Shown piece by piece: positions 36,514 through 44,478 of a stretch of DNA of 64,000 nucleotides. The stretch is taken from the NCBI RefSeq assembly GCF_035272065.1, contig NZ_DATEQZ010000114.1, forward strand, positions 3,002-67,001, written 5' to 3'. Source of the DNA: Candidatus Binatus sp. Its GTDB lineage: Bacteria > Desulfobacterota > Binatia > Binatales > Binataceae. The notes below the pieces were generated by a model. The model did no database searches. It saw only the letters and a program-made list of their open reading frames with translations, and was not told where the DNA came from. The position numbers and the translations under genes are program-made. How positions within the stretch are numbered: the first letter of the stretch is position 1; every line of letters begins with the position of its first letter.

Positions 36514-36828
36514 ATGCCAGCCACAGACACGAGACGAACTACCCGGATCATCCCCCTTGATCTTTCGTCGGTCGACTATCCAGCAGTCCGATTTCTCCGC
36601 GCAGAAGTCAACGCGGGACACTATGCTCCATTTGCACTGATCCGCTATTCGGTTCGAGGTATCGAAAAAAGTAAGGCCCTTCGACTCGACTTGGACAAGC
36701 GCGTCTTCATCGATCCTTCTGATCTCGAAGCTTCGGAGGAGTTTATCGAGGCTACTAGCAGGGCCGCGCCCATCATCGCTGAGCGCGTATCTCGCGAGGC
36801 ATGGCGATGGTTCTCCACTGAACGGTAG
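36514..36828 (+). CDS. hypothetical 104-aa protein (candidate immunity/antitoxin partner of the ART-like ORF)
   Basis: The ATG lies 17 nt after the stop of the restored upstream frame. Same strand and same low GC. No family recognised. The RBS is weak. Confidence 0.4.
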   Translation: MPATDTRRTTRIIPLDLSSVDYPAVRFLRAEVNAGHYAPFALIRYSVRGIEKSKALRLDLDKRVFIDPSDLEASEEFIEATSRAAPIIAERVSREAWRWFSTER

Positions 36829-36956
36829 ACGGAACTTCGCTTCTAGCGGAGTTCGCCACTTCCCAACTTTTTATCGTACCGCAGGCCGACCTGTCACGTG
36901 CTCGCCGGTCCATCAGCCTTCGCTGTCAACTTCAACATAATTCTCTATCAAGCCGC

Positions 36957-37595
36957 TCAATTTTTGCGGGGGACGAAGTATTGGGTGCCGGGGCCGGCGT
37001 GGTCGATTTCGCGGATTAGCTGGCCGAGGTCTTCGGGGTTGGCGACGAAGTCGATGTCGGAGGTGTCGACGACCAGCAGCGGGGCCTCGTCGTAGTAGAA
37101 AAAGAAATCGCGGTAGGCGGACGACACGCGCTCGAGGTAGTCGAAGCTGATGTGGCGCTCGAAGTCGCGATTGCGCTTGCGCAGGCGCTCGGCGAGCACC
37201 TCGATAGTCGCGCGCACGTACACGACAAGGTCGGGTTTGGCCATCTCGGCGTCGAGCAGCTTGTACACGTTGTCGTAGAGCTTGAGCTCGTCGGGCGCGA
37301 GATTCATCGCGGCGAAAATTTTATCTTTCGCGAACAAATAGTCGGCGACTGTAGCCTGCGTGAAGAGATCCTGCTGCTTCAGCTCACGCTGCTGATGGTG
37401 GCGGGTGAGCAGGAAATAAAGCTGAGCGGGAAAGGCGTACTTGTCGGGATCCTGGTAGAAGCGCGGCAGGAACGGGTTGTTGTCGGCATCCTCGAGCATC
37501 AGGCGCGCACCCAGTTCGCGCGCGAGCGCCTGCGCCAGGCTCGTTTTGCCAACCCCGATGGGGCCTTCGACCGCGATATAGCCGCGCCGGCGCAT
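36957..37595 (-). CDS. deoxynucleoside kinase
   Basis: IAVEGPIGVGKTSLAQALA P-loop, NPFLPRFYQDP, and FPAQLYFLLTR, all typical of the dNK family. Confidence 0.85.
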   Translation of the reverse strand: MRRRGYIAVEGPIGVGKTSLAQALARELGARLMLEDADNNPFLPRFYQDPDKYAFPAQLYFLLTRHHQQRELKQQDLFTQATVADYLFAKDKIFAAMNLAPDELKLYDNVYKLLDAEMAKPDLVVYVRATIEVLAERLRKRNRDFERHISFDYLERVSSAYRDFFFYYDEAPLLVVDTSDIDFVANPEDLGQLIREIDHAGPGTQYFVPRKN

Positions 37596-37653
37596 CGGGC
37601 CTCGATTGTGGCACTAGCTCATCGCAGTCGCGAGCGTGGAGGGCCCACGCCGC

Positions 37654-38511
37654 TCACTTGCGATGCTTCTTGGCCATGTCGCGGAGTTTGCGAACCTGGT
37701 CGTCGGGCGCGCCGCCGCGCTCTTCCAGGTCGGCGGCGGTGTCATAGTCGGGCGGAGTCTTGCTGAGATAGACCTGCGCCAACTGCAGGTTGGCGACCTT
37801 GTTGTCCGGATAATCGCCGATCACGTCATTGAACAGCTTGAAAGTGGCGTCGGGAGTGCCGGCAGCTTTGGCGGCCTCATTTATCTTTTGCATCATCGGG
37901 TCCGCGTCGGGGAGGAGCGTTTCGCTCTTGTGCGCCCTCGACAGCAGCATCGCGGCGCGGATGCCCTGCTCGTAGGTGACGATGGCGTCGGGGTATTTCT
38001 TGTCGGCCAACTGTTGATCGCCGATTTTTTCGATGATTGGAATCGAGTCGGATAGCGCGCTCACCGCTTTTTCACGAGCCGCGGGAATCCTGGTCGTGAC
38101 CATGATGTCCTTGAGCTGAGCGAGGCCTTCCTCGACCTTGCCCGCCTTGATCTTATCGAGCGCCTGGCCCGAGGAATTCGCCATGTCCTCGAGCTGCTTG
38201 TAGAGCCGCGCCTTTTCGAGCAGCTTCTGGTCGGTGGGATCGAGCGTCGAGGCGGCCATGTATTCCTTGGCGGCGCCTTCCTGATCGCCGAGCGCTTCAT
38301 CTATATGCGCGAGCGACTTGTGCGCGTCGAGGTCGTTGGGGTCGTCCTTGATCGAAAGCTCCAGTTCCTTCTTGGCACCGTCGAGATCGCGCTTTTCGAA
38401 CAGATCCTCAGCTTTGTACAGGTGCTTCTTCGCCTCGGACTGGCATCCGCTGACCAACGGTATTGCCAGCAGGACGGGCAGTATCAGCGCGCGTGCGATA
38501 GCTGTTCGCAT
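37654..38511 (-). CDS. tetratricopeptide-repeat lipoprotein
   Basis: Lipobox LVSGC. Repeated A..Y..A....P helical pairs. ATG 38511 is preferred over track start 38706, which runs into the repeat element. Confidence 0.7.
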   Translation of the reverse strand: MRTAIARALILPVLLAIPLVSGCQSEAKKHLYKAEDLFEKRDLDGAKKELELSIKDDPNDLDAHKSLAHIDEALGDQEGAAKEYMAASTLDPTDQKLLEKARLYKQLEDMANSSGQALDKIKAGKVEEGLAQLKDIMVTTRIPAAREKAVSALSDSIPIIEKIGDQQLADKKYPDAIVTYEQGIRAAMLLSRAHKSETLLPDADPMMQKINEAAKAAGTPDATFKLFNDVIGDYPDNKVANLQLAQVYLSKTPPDYDTAADLEERGGAPDDQVRKLRDMAKKHRK

Positions 38512-38605
38512 CGAAATGTTCCTCTCGCGGGTTCGGCGAAATCCGGATGAGTCTGCAAGCAATAGTGCGGAATTGTCAAGACGAGATGCGCGTACGTCAG
38601 CGGGC

Positions 38606-38725
38606 GTGGCTTGCCGGGAGAGCTTTGCGTAATCGCAGCACAGCTGCTGAGAACGGAGCAGAATCCTGAATCGCGCGCAAAAAACGCGCTGTACAATCAC
38701 CCTCACCTTAATCCTCTCCCTTGAA
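38606..38725 (+). repeat. intergenic repeat element, copy A (partial, abuts copy B)
   Basis: It shares GGAGAGCTTTGCGTAA and the core CAGAATCCTGAATCGCGCGCAAAAAACGCGCTGTACAATCACCCTCACCTTAATCCTCTCCC with copies B and C. Confidence 0.8.
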
Positions 38726-38891
38726 GGAGATCTTTGCGTAACCTATGTGCACGCGTTCCAGGAAGCAGAATCTTGAATCGCGCGCGAAAAATGCGCGCTG
38801 TAATCGGACCCTCACCTTCATCCTCGCCCTAACAGGGCGAGGAGACAGAAGGGCGCGGCAGGTTATGCAAAGATCTCCTTGCAGGGAGAGG
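38713..38891 (+). repeat. intergenic repeat element, copy B (about 180 bp, with terminal inverted repeats)
   Basis: Left end CCTCTCCCTTGAAGGAGATCTTTGCGTAA. Right end TTATGCAAAGATCTCCTTGCAGGGAGAGG. The core is near-identical to copy C and includes the hairpins GCGCGC-GAAAAAT-GCGCGC and CCTCGCCCT-AACA-GGGCGAGG. Confidence 0.85.
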
Positions 38892-38898
38892 ATACAGA

Positions 38899-39840
38899 TC
38901 AGTCCGTGGGCATCGGCAGCGGGAAATGCACGCGCTCCTTGGCGACGCTCAGCAGCTCGACCTCGGCGCCGGAGCGCGCGAACGCGCCGATGATTTCCTC
39001 GACCAGCCATTCCGGCGACGACGCGCTCGCGGTCAGGCCCAGCGCGCGCACACCTTCGAGCATCGCGGGCTCGACGTCGGCGATCGAATCGACCAGGAAC
39101 GCGCGCGCACCGCGCATCCGCGCGACCTCGACCAGCCGGTTCGCATTCGAGCTCTGCTTCGAGCCGACGACCAGCACCGCGTCGCTGACTTGTACCAGTT
39201 CCTTGACTGCGTTCTGGCGGTTCTGCGTCGCGTAGCAGATGTCGTCGGTCTTCGGCGCCTGCATCGTGGGGAAACGCTCCTTGAGCGTCTCCATGATCTC
39301 GCGGGTGTCGTCGACGCTGAGCGTGGTCTGCGTGACGGCGGCGATGCGCTCAGGATTCTGGACCGCGACGGTGCGCGCCTCGGCGACGCTGCCGACCAGC
39401 ACCACCTTGCCGGGGGCGACGCCGAGCGTGCCCTTCACTTCCTCGTGGCCGGCGTGGCCGATCAGGATTACGGTGCGGCCTTCGTTGTCGTATTTTTCGA
39501 CTTCGAGATGGACCTTGGTGACGAGCGGGCAGGTGGCGTCGATAACGCGGAGCGCGCGATCCTTGGCGCGATCCCATTCGCTGGGCGCGACGCCATGCGC
39601 GCTGAAGATGACGCGCTGGCCCGTGGGCACTTCGTCGAGGCTCTCGACAAAAATCGCGCCCTCGCGTTCGAGCGCTTCAAGCACGAAGCGGTTGTGCACG
39701 ATCTGATGGCGCACGTAGAGGGGGCGGCCGTAAGAGCGCAGCGCGCTGCGGACGGCCTCGACCGCGCGATCGACGCCTGCACAGAAGCCGCGCGGCTCAG
39801 CCAGAATGATTTTTTCGACGGATATTTCGCCCAACGCCAT
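38899..39840 (-). CDS. ispH: 4-hydroxy-3-methylbut-2-enyl diphosphate reductase
   Basis: ILAEPRGFCAGVDRAV, IVHN, SAHGV, DATCPLVTKVH, IGHAGHEEV, and the conserved Cys region TICYATQNRQ. Confidence 0.9.
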   Translation of the reverse strand: MALGEISVEKIILAEPRGFCAGVDRAVEAVRSALRSYGRPLYVRHQIVHNRFVLEALEREGAIFVESLDEVPTGQRVIFSAHGVAPSEWDRAKDRALRVIDATCPLVTKVHLEVEKYDNEGRTVILIGHAGHEEVKGTLGVAPGKVVLVGSVAEARTVAVQNPERIAAVTQTTLSVDDTREIMETLKERFPTMQAPKTDDICYATQNRQNAVKELVQVSDAVLVVGSKQSSNANRLVEVARMRGARAFLVDSIADVEPAMLEGVRALGLTASASSPEWLVEEIIGAFARSGAEVELLSVAKERVHFPLPMPTD

Positions 39841-39894
39841 CTTACATTTGTAACTGGTAACTGTCCGGGCGGTCAATGATGGTATCCGCAGCGA

Positions 39895-40596
39895 TCATTC
39901 AAGCGCCGGCGGGTGCGAAGTCTGGCAACCGATCCACACCTCGCCGCCTTCGAAATGCTCTTTCTTCCAGATCGGCACGATTTCCTTCAACCGATCGATT
40001 GCAAACCGGCACGCCTCGAACGCCTCGGCCCGATGCGGCGACGAGACCGCAATCGCCACCGAAGTCTCACCAATCTCGATGACGCCGACGCGGTGCGCGA
40101 TCGCGATGCGCGTGATTTTCCATCGAGCGCCCGCCTCGACCGCGAGCTTGCGCATTTCGGACAGCGCCATTGGCTCGTAGGCTTCGTACTCGAGGCGAAT
40201 CACGACGCGGCCTGCGTTGTCGCGGCGAGTCGTGCCCGTGAACGATACGATCGCACCGGCGGCAGGGTCGGCAACTTCGCGCTCGAGCGCGGCAACGTCG
40301 ATCGGACTACGTCCGATTGTGATCTTGCCGACATACGCCGGCGTCTCTGTACCGCCGCTCACGGGCGGAATGAAGGCGATCTCGTCGCCCTTGCGGGGCT
40401 TGAAGTTGCCTTGGACGTATTCCTGGTTGACGGCGAAGCCGACAGAATTGTGATGCCCGCCGAGCTCCGGAAATTCGACGACTATCTGCCGCCAGATGTC
40501 CGCGACCGTGGTGCCGTCGGGAAATTCTCGCGTTAGCTCGGCCGTGTGCGCGCGCTCACGCAGCGTCGCGAACAGTTTGATCGTGAACTTGTTCAT
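39895..40596 (-). CDS. fused molybdopterin synthase: MoaD-like sulfur carrier plus MoaE catalytic subunit
   Basis: The N-terminal ~82 aa end in IPPVSGG, the MoaD C-terminal Gly-Gly. This is followed in frame by a MoaE-like domain (GAIVSFTGTTR...HRVGVIEIGETSVAIAVSSPHR..PIWKKE). Confidence 0.8.
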   Translation of the reverse strand: MNKFTIKLFATLRERAHTAELTREFPDGTTVADIWRQIVVEFPELGGHHNSVGFAVNQEYVQGNFKPRKGDEIAFIPPVSGGTETPAYVGKITIGRSPIDVAALEREVADPAAGAIVSFTGTTRRDNAGRVVIRLEYEAYEPMALSEMRKLAVEAGARWKITRIAIAHRVGVIEIGETSVAIAVSSPHRAEAFEACRFAIDRLKEIVPIWKKEHFEGGEVWIGCQTSHPPALE

Positions 40597-41090
40597 TTGC
40601 TCAGCAGATAAGTGATGTGCCCGAGCTGGGGGATCAGCAGCTTCTCCACCGCAAGCCGGCACGCGTCGGGGGAACCGGGAAGCGCGGCAACGAACTTGCC
40701 GTGACGCACGCCGGCAATCGCACGGCTCATCATCGCGGCCGCGCCGATTTCATTGAACGAAAGCATTCGGAACAATTCGCCGAAGCCTTCGAGCTCCTTG
40801 TCGAGCAGCGACTTCACGACTTCGGTGGTGCCATCGCGCGCAGTAATGCCGGTGCCGCCGTTGACGATGATCGCGTCGAGGTTCTCCAGGTTGTTGACGA
40901 TCGCGGCCGAAATCTTCTCACCGTCGTCGGGCAAGATCTCGTAGTAGTTGACGCGGTGGCCGGCCGCCTCGAGTAAAGTGCGGATGAGCTTGCCACTTTC
41001 GTCAGTCTCGGGCGTGCGCGAATCGCTGGCGGTGATCACGCCGACTTTGAGATTCTTGCGCGCGTGCTTTTCGTGCTCGTGGACCGACAT
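40593..41090 (-). CDS. moaB: molybdenum cofactor biosynthesis protein B (MoaB/MogA family)
   Basis: VGVITASDSR...DAIIVNGGTGITARD. ATGA overlap with the downstream moaDE. Confidence 0.8.
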   Translation of the reverse strand: MSVHEHEKHARKNLKVGVITASDSRTPETDESGKLIRTLLEAAGHRVNYYEILPDDGEKISAAIVNNLENLDAIIVNGGTGITARDGTTEVVKSLLDKELEGFGELFRMLSFNEIGAAAMMSRAIAGVRHGKFVAALPGSPDACRLAVEKLLIPQLGHITYLLSK

Positions 41091-41201
41091 GCGGATTAGG
41101 ATTACACAATCCTCGATGGCATTATAAGCAGTCCGCGTCCGCGATGCCCGCGGCGGAAACCAAACTGCCCGCCCGCGAGTTACCAATCCCGGGACCTCAA
41201 G

Positions 41202-41912
41202 ATGACCACCGCGTCCAGCCGAGCCGCAGTTTTTTTTCGCCCGAAAATTCTACTCATCGTCATTGCAGTCATCGCTATCCTCTACGGCGCGCATCGCATC
41301 GGCGCGGGACCGTGGCTGACCAACGCGCTCGACTGGGTTCGTGGACTCGGTGCGCTGGCGCCGCTCGCGTTCATCGCAATTTACATAGCGGCGTGCGTCG
41401 CGTTTCTTCCGGGATCGATCCTCACGATTGGCGCCGGCGTGATCTTTGGCGTGGTGCGCGGCTCGATCTACGTTTCGATTGCTGCGACGCTCGGCGCGAC
41501 CGCGGCTTTTCTCGTGGGCCGCTACCTTGCGCGCGATTGGGTGAGCGCAAGAATCGAAGGCAACGCGAAGTTCAAAGCGATCGACGAAGCGGTCGGCAAG
41601 GAAGGATGGAAGATCGTCATCCTGACGCGCCTGTCGCCCGTGTTCCCGTTCAACCTGCTCAACTACGCCTACGGGCTGACGCGCGTGACTTTGCGCGACT
41701 ACTTTTTCGCGTCGTGGCTTGGGATGATTCCCGGGACAATTCTCTACGTTTATATCGGCTCGCTGAGCGGCGACCTCGCGCGCGCGGCCGCTGGTAGCGC
41801 CAAGCGCACGCCCGCAGGATGGGCGCTCACGGCAGTCGGATTCGTCGCGACAGTCGCGGTGGCAGTGTACGCAACGCGAATCGGCGCACGCGCGCTGCGC
41901 GAAAAAACTTGA
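41202..41912 (+). CDS. TVP38/TMEM64 (DedA-related) family membrane protein
   Basis: FLPGSILTIGAGVIFG...RLSPVFPFNLLNYAYGLT. Confidence 0.8.
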   Translation: MTTASSRAAVFFRPKILLIVIAVIAILYGAHRIGAGPWLTNALDWVRGLGALAPLAFIAIYIAACVAFLPGSILTIGAGVIFGVVRGSIYVSIAATLGATAAFLVGRYLARDWVSARIEGNAKFKAIDEAVGKEGWKIVILTRLSPVFPFNLLNYAYGLTRVTLRDYFFASWLGMIPGTILYVYIGSLSGDLARAAAGSAKRTPAGWALTAVGFVATVAVAVYATRIGARALREKT

Positions 41913-41925
41913 AGGATACACATCG

Positions 41926-43449
41926 ATGTCATCGCACGCGCTAAAGCACGAGCCGCTCGACGCTTACAACCTCGCGCTGACGGAAAATCTGCATCCGGCA
42001 GAATGGGTCAATCCCGCGCCTGCCGACCGCTACAACATGGTGGTGATCGGAGCGGGCACTGCGGGCCTCGTGACGGCGGCGGGCGCCGCAATTCTCGGCG
42101 CGAAGGTCGCGTTGGTCGAGCGCGACCTGATGGGCGGCGATTGCCTGAACTTCGGATGCGTCCCGTCGAAGGCGCTGATCCGCTCGGCGCGCGCGGCCGC
42201 CGCGGTTCATGACGCGGGCCGCTTCGGCGTCGAAGTCCCGCCGGGGGTGCGCGTGAATTTTCCGGCCGTGATGGAGCGGATGCGCAAACTGCGCGCCGAC
42301 CTCAGCCCGACCGACTCCGCCAATCGATTTCGCGGACTGGGCGTCGACGTTTTCATCGGCGACGGACGTTTCGTCGCGCCCGACTGCGTCGAGGTTGACG
42401 GCAAGCGACTGAAATTCAAGAAAGCCGCGATCGCTACCGGCGCGCGCGCCGCATCGCTGCCGATTCCGGGTCTTGCCGAAGCCGGCTATTTGACCAACGA
42501 GACGGTTTTTTCGCTAACCGAATTGCCGCGGCGAATTGCGGTGATCGGCGCCGGACCAATCGGATGCGAGCTGGCGCAGACGTTCGCGCGCTTCGGCGCG
42601 CAGGTCACTCTGCTCGAAGTCGCGCCGCAAATTCTGATTCGCGAGGATCACGACGCCGCGCAGCGGGTCGAGCGCGCCATCGTCCGCGACGGCGTGGAGA
42701 TCATCACGGGATGCAAAATTTTCGGAGTCGGTCAGCTTGGCGGCGAAAAAATTATCGCGACAGAGCGCGACGGCGGCCGCCGCGAAATTTCAGCCGACGA
42801 GATATTGATCGGCGTCGGACGAGTGCCTGCTGTCGAGGGCTTGAATCTCGAAGCCGCGATGATCGAATACAACAAGCAAAACGGCGTGAAAGTCGACGAC
42901 CACCTGCGCACGACGAATCCGCTGGTGTACGCGGGCGGCGACGTCGCATCGCCATACAAGTTTACTCACCTGGCCGACGCGCATGCGCGCATCATTCTGC
43001 GCAACGCACTGTTCTTCGGCCGCCAGCGCGCCAGCCAACTGACTATTCCATGGTGTACGTACACCGATCCCGAAATCGCGCACGTCGGACTATACGAAGC
43101 CGAGGCAAAAGAGCGCGGAATCTCGGTCGCGACCTATACGCAGGAACTGGCCGAGGTCGATCGCGCGGTGCTGGACGGAGAAACCGACGGCTTCGTGAAG
43201 GTGCTCGTGAAAGAAGGGACCGATCAAATCGTCGGCGCGACGATTGTCGCGAGCCACGCCGGCGAGATGATCTCGGAGCTCACGACCGCGATCAAAGCTG
43301 GCGTAGGACTGGGCGCTCTCGGCGACGTGATCCATCCCTACCCGACGCAGGCCGACGCAATCCGCCGCGCCGCGGGGCTCTACACGCGCACGCGGCTCAC
43401 GCCCTTCGTCGCAGGCTTGATGAAGCGCTGGTTCGCGTTTACGCGATAA
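41926..43449 (+). CDS. FAD-dependent pyridine nucleotide-disulfide oxidoreductase (mercuric reductase-like core, no NmerA domain)
   Basis: VIGAGTAGL, redox CLNFGCVPSKAL, a second GAGPIGCE Rossmann motif, and the C-terminal dimerisation HPYPT. Confidence 0.85.
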   Translation: MSSHALKHEPLDAYNLALTENLHPAEWVNPAPADRYNMVVIGAGTAGLVTAAGAAILGAKVALVERDLMGGDCLNFGCVPSKALIRSARAAAAVHDAGRFGVEVPPGVRVNFPAVMERMRKLRADLSPTDSANRFRGLGVDVFIGDGRFVAPDCVEVDGKRLKFKKAAIATGARAASLPIPGLAEAGYLTNETVFSLTELPRRIAVIGAGPIGCELAQTFARFGAQVTLLEVAPQILIREDHDAAQRVERAIVRDGVEIITGCKIFGVGQLGGEKIIATERDGGRREISADEILIGVGRVPAVEGLNLEAAMIEYNKQNGVKVDDHLRTTNPLVYAGGDVASPYKFTHLADAHARIILRNALFFGRQRASQLTIPWCTYTDPEIAHVGLYEAEAKERGISVATYTQELAEVDRAVLDGETDGFVKVLVKEGTDQIVGATIVASHAGEMISELTTAIKAGVGLGALGDVIHPYPTQADAIRRAAGLYTRTRLTPFVAGLMKRWFAFTR

Positions 43450-43467
43450 GAAAAATCGCTCGCTGAG

Positions 43468-43671
43468 TCAACGCAGCCGCAGGTTGAATGCCTGCCGCCC
43501 CTTCTCGCCCGAGCGCACGTCGAACTGAACCTCGTTGCCCTCGCGCAGGTCGTCGAAATATACCTTGGGCGACAACGCCGAGCGATGAAAGAAAACTTCG
43601 TCGCCGCCGTCGTCCGCGATTATGAAGCCGAAGCCCTTGTCCTTGACTACTTTCTTGATTGTTCCGAACAC
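43468..43671 (-). CDS. cold-shock domain protein
   Basis: KGFGFI (RNP1) and VFFHRS (RNP2-like). 67 aa. Confidence 0.9.
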   Translation of the reverse strand: MFGTIKKVVKDKGFGFIIADDGGDEVFFHRSALSPKVYFDDLREGNEVQFDVRSGEKGRQAFNLRLR

Positions 43672-43766
43672 GCGATCCTCCCCCGAACAAAATTGTGCGC
43701 GCCTTGAGCTTACGACGCTGACAATTTAAGTAAAGACGTACTCAACGAAGAACACGAGGCGCGCGC

Positions 43767-44000
43767 GTGCTCAAGGCCGTCACACTGAAAGAAATCGAAA
43801 GAATCTTCGCGGTGATCGATCCGATGGGAATCTCGCGCGAGGCGGTCGTGATTCCGCTGCGCACCGAGCATCCGGGCCGCGTCTCGATTTTGAAAAACGG
43901 CAAGCTCGAGATAGTCGTCGAACGCGACGGCGACTTCGAGGATTGGATCACTCGGCTCGGGGCGCGGATTCGCGACCTGATGAAGCCGGAGGCGGACTAA
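43767..44000 (+). CDS. hypothetical small protein
   Basis: 77-aa ORF with a GTG start and balanced composition. It overlaps the 3' end of the convergent BCCP gene by 53 nt. Confidence 0.35.
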   Translation: MLKAVTLKEIERIFAVIDPMGISREAVVIPLRTEHPGRVSILKNGKLEIVVERDGDFEDWITRLGARIRDLMKPEAD

Positions 44001-44478
44001 GCTCGATCAGCACGGCGCCGTGATCGACGGTTTGCCCCTCCTCGACGCGAACATGCTTCACGAGCGCCGCGCTCTCGGCGGCGAGCGTCGTTTCCATTTT
44101 CATTGCTTCGATCACGACCAGCGGCTGCCCGGCCTCGACCAGGTCGTCGTCGCGCACCAGCACCTTGAGCACCTTGCCGGGCATCGGCGCGGTGATTTCC
44201 GCCGCTGCGAGCCCGCGCGCGCGCCGCCGCGCCGCAGCCTCGGCCGGCTTGAACTCGAAACAAGCGGGTCCGACTGAAACGAGGATCGATTCTTTTCGCC
44301 GCGCGCCGAAAACGGGATAGCGCCGCCCATCGATCGCAAGAACCCCACCCCCGTCAGCATTCGGCCTGAACTCCGCCGCGAGTTCCCGGTCTCCGATGCG
44401 CACGCGAATTGTGCTGCCGTCGCGTAAAATCACCTCGGCGTCGATCTCGTGCGAGTCACCCGCGCGTGTGAGCTTCAT
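43948..44478 (-). CDS. biotin carboxyl carrier (biotin/lipoyl attachment) protein
   Basis: C-terminal ITAPMPGKVLKV...GQPLVVIEAMKMET biotinylation motif. ATGA coupling to the upstream biotin carboxylase. Confidence 0.75.
   Translation of the reverse strand: MKLTRAGDSHEIDAEVILRDGSTIRVRIGDRELAAEFRPNADGGGVLAIDGRRYPVFGARRKESILVSVGPACFEFKPAEAAARRRARGLAAAEITAPMPGKVLKVLVRDDDLVEAGQPLVVIEAMKMETTLAAESAALVKHVRVEEGQTVDHGAVLIELSPPPASSGRESAPRAE

Larger units (their letters stand above)
34450..36950. mobile_element. lower-GC islet, probable horizontally acquired remnant (no integrase, no tRNA seen)
   Basis: Sample 60-nt lines inside the islet count about 45% GC, versus about 65% in the flanking genes. It holds a phage-type P63C gene and two orphan ORFs. 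Confidence 0.4.

Noticed and set aside
38606-38891. A CRISPR array, given two direct repeats with intervening sequence
   Set aside because: There are only two adjacent copies of a unit of about 120-180 bp, far longer than CRISPR repeats. The unit has internal hairpins and terminal inverted repeats, and a third inverted copy lies elsewhere. No cas genes are present.
41091-41201. A Moco riboswitch or clear promoter upstream of moaB
   Set aside because: No recognisable Moco-motif conserved segments. A TATAAT on the minus strand (41121-41126) lacks a convincing -35, so it is not reported as a feature.
43948-44000. The 53-nt convergent overlap between the 77-aa ORF and the BCCP gene as a regulatory antisense arrangement
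   Set aside because: The 77-aa ORF is itself weakly supported (GTG start, no family). The overlap may simply mean it is not a gene.
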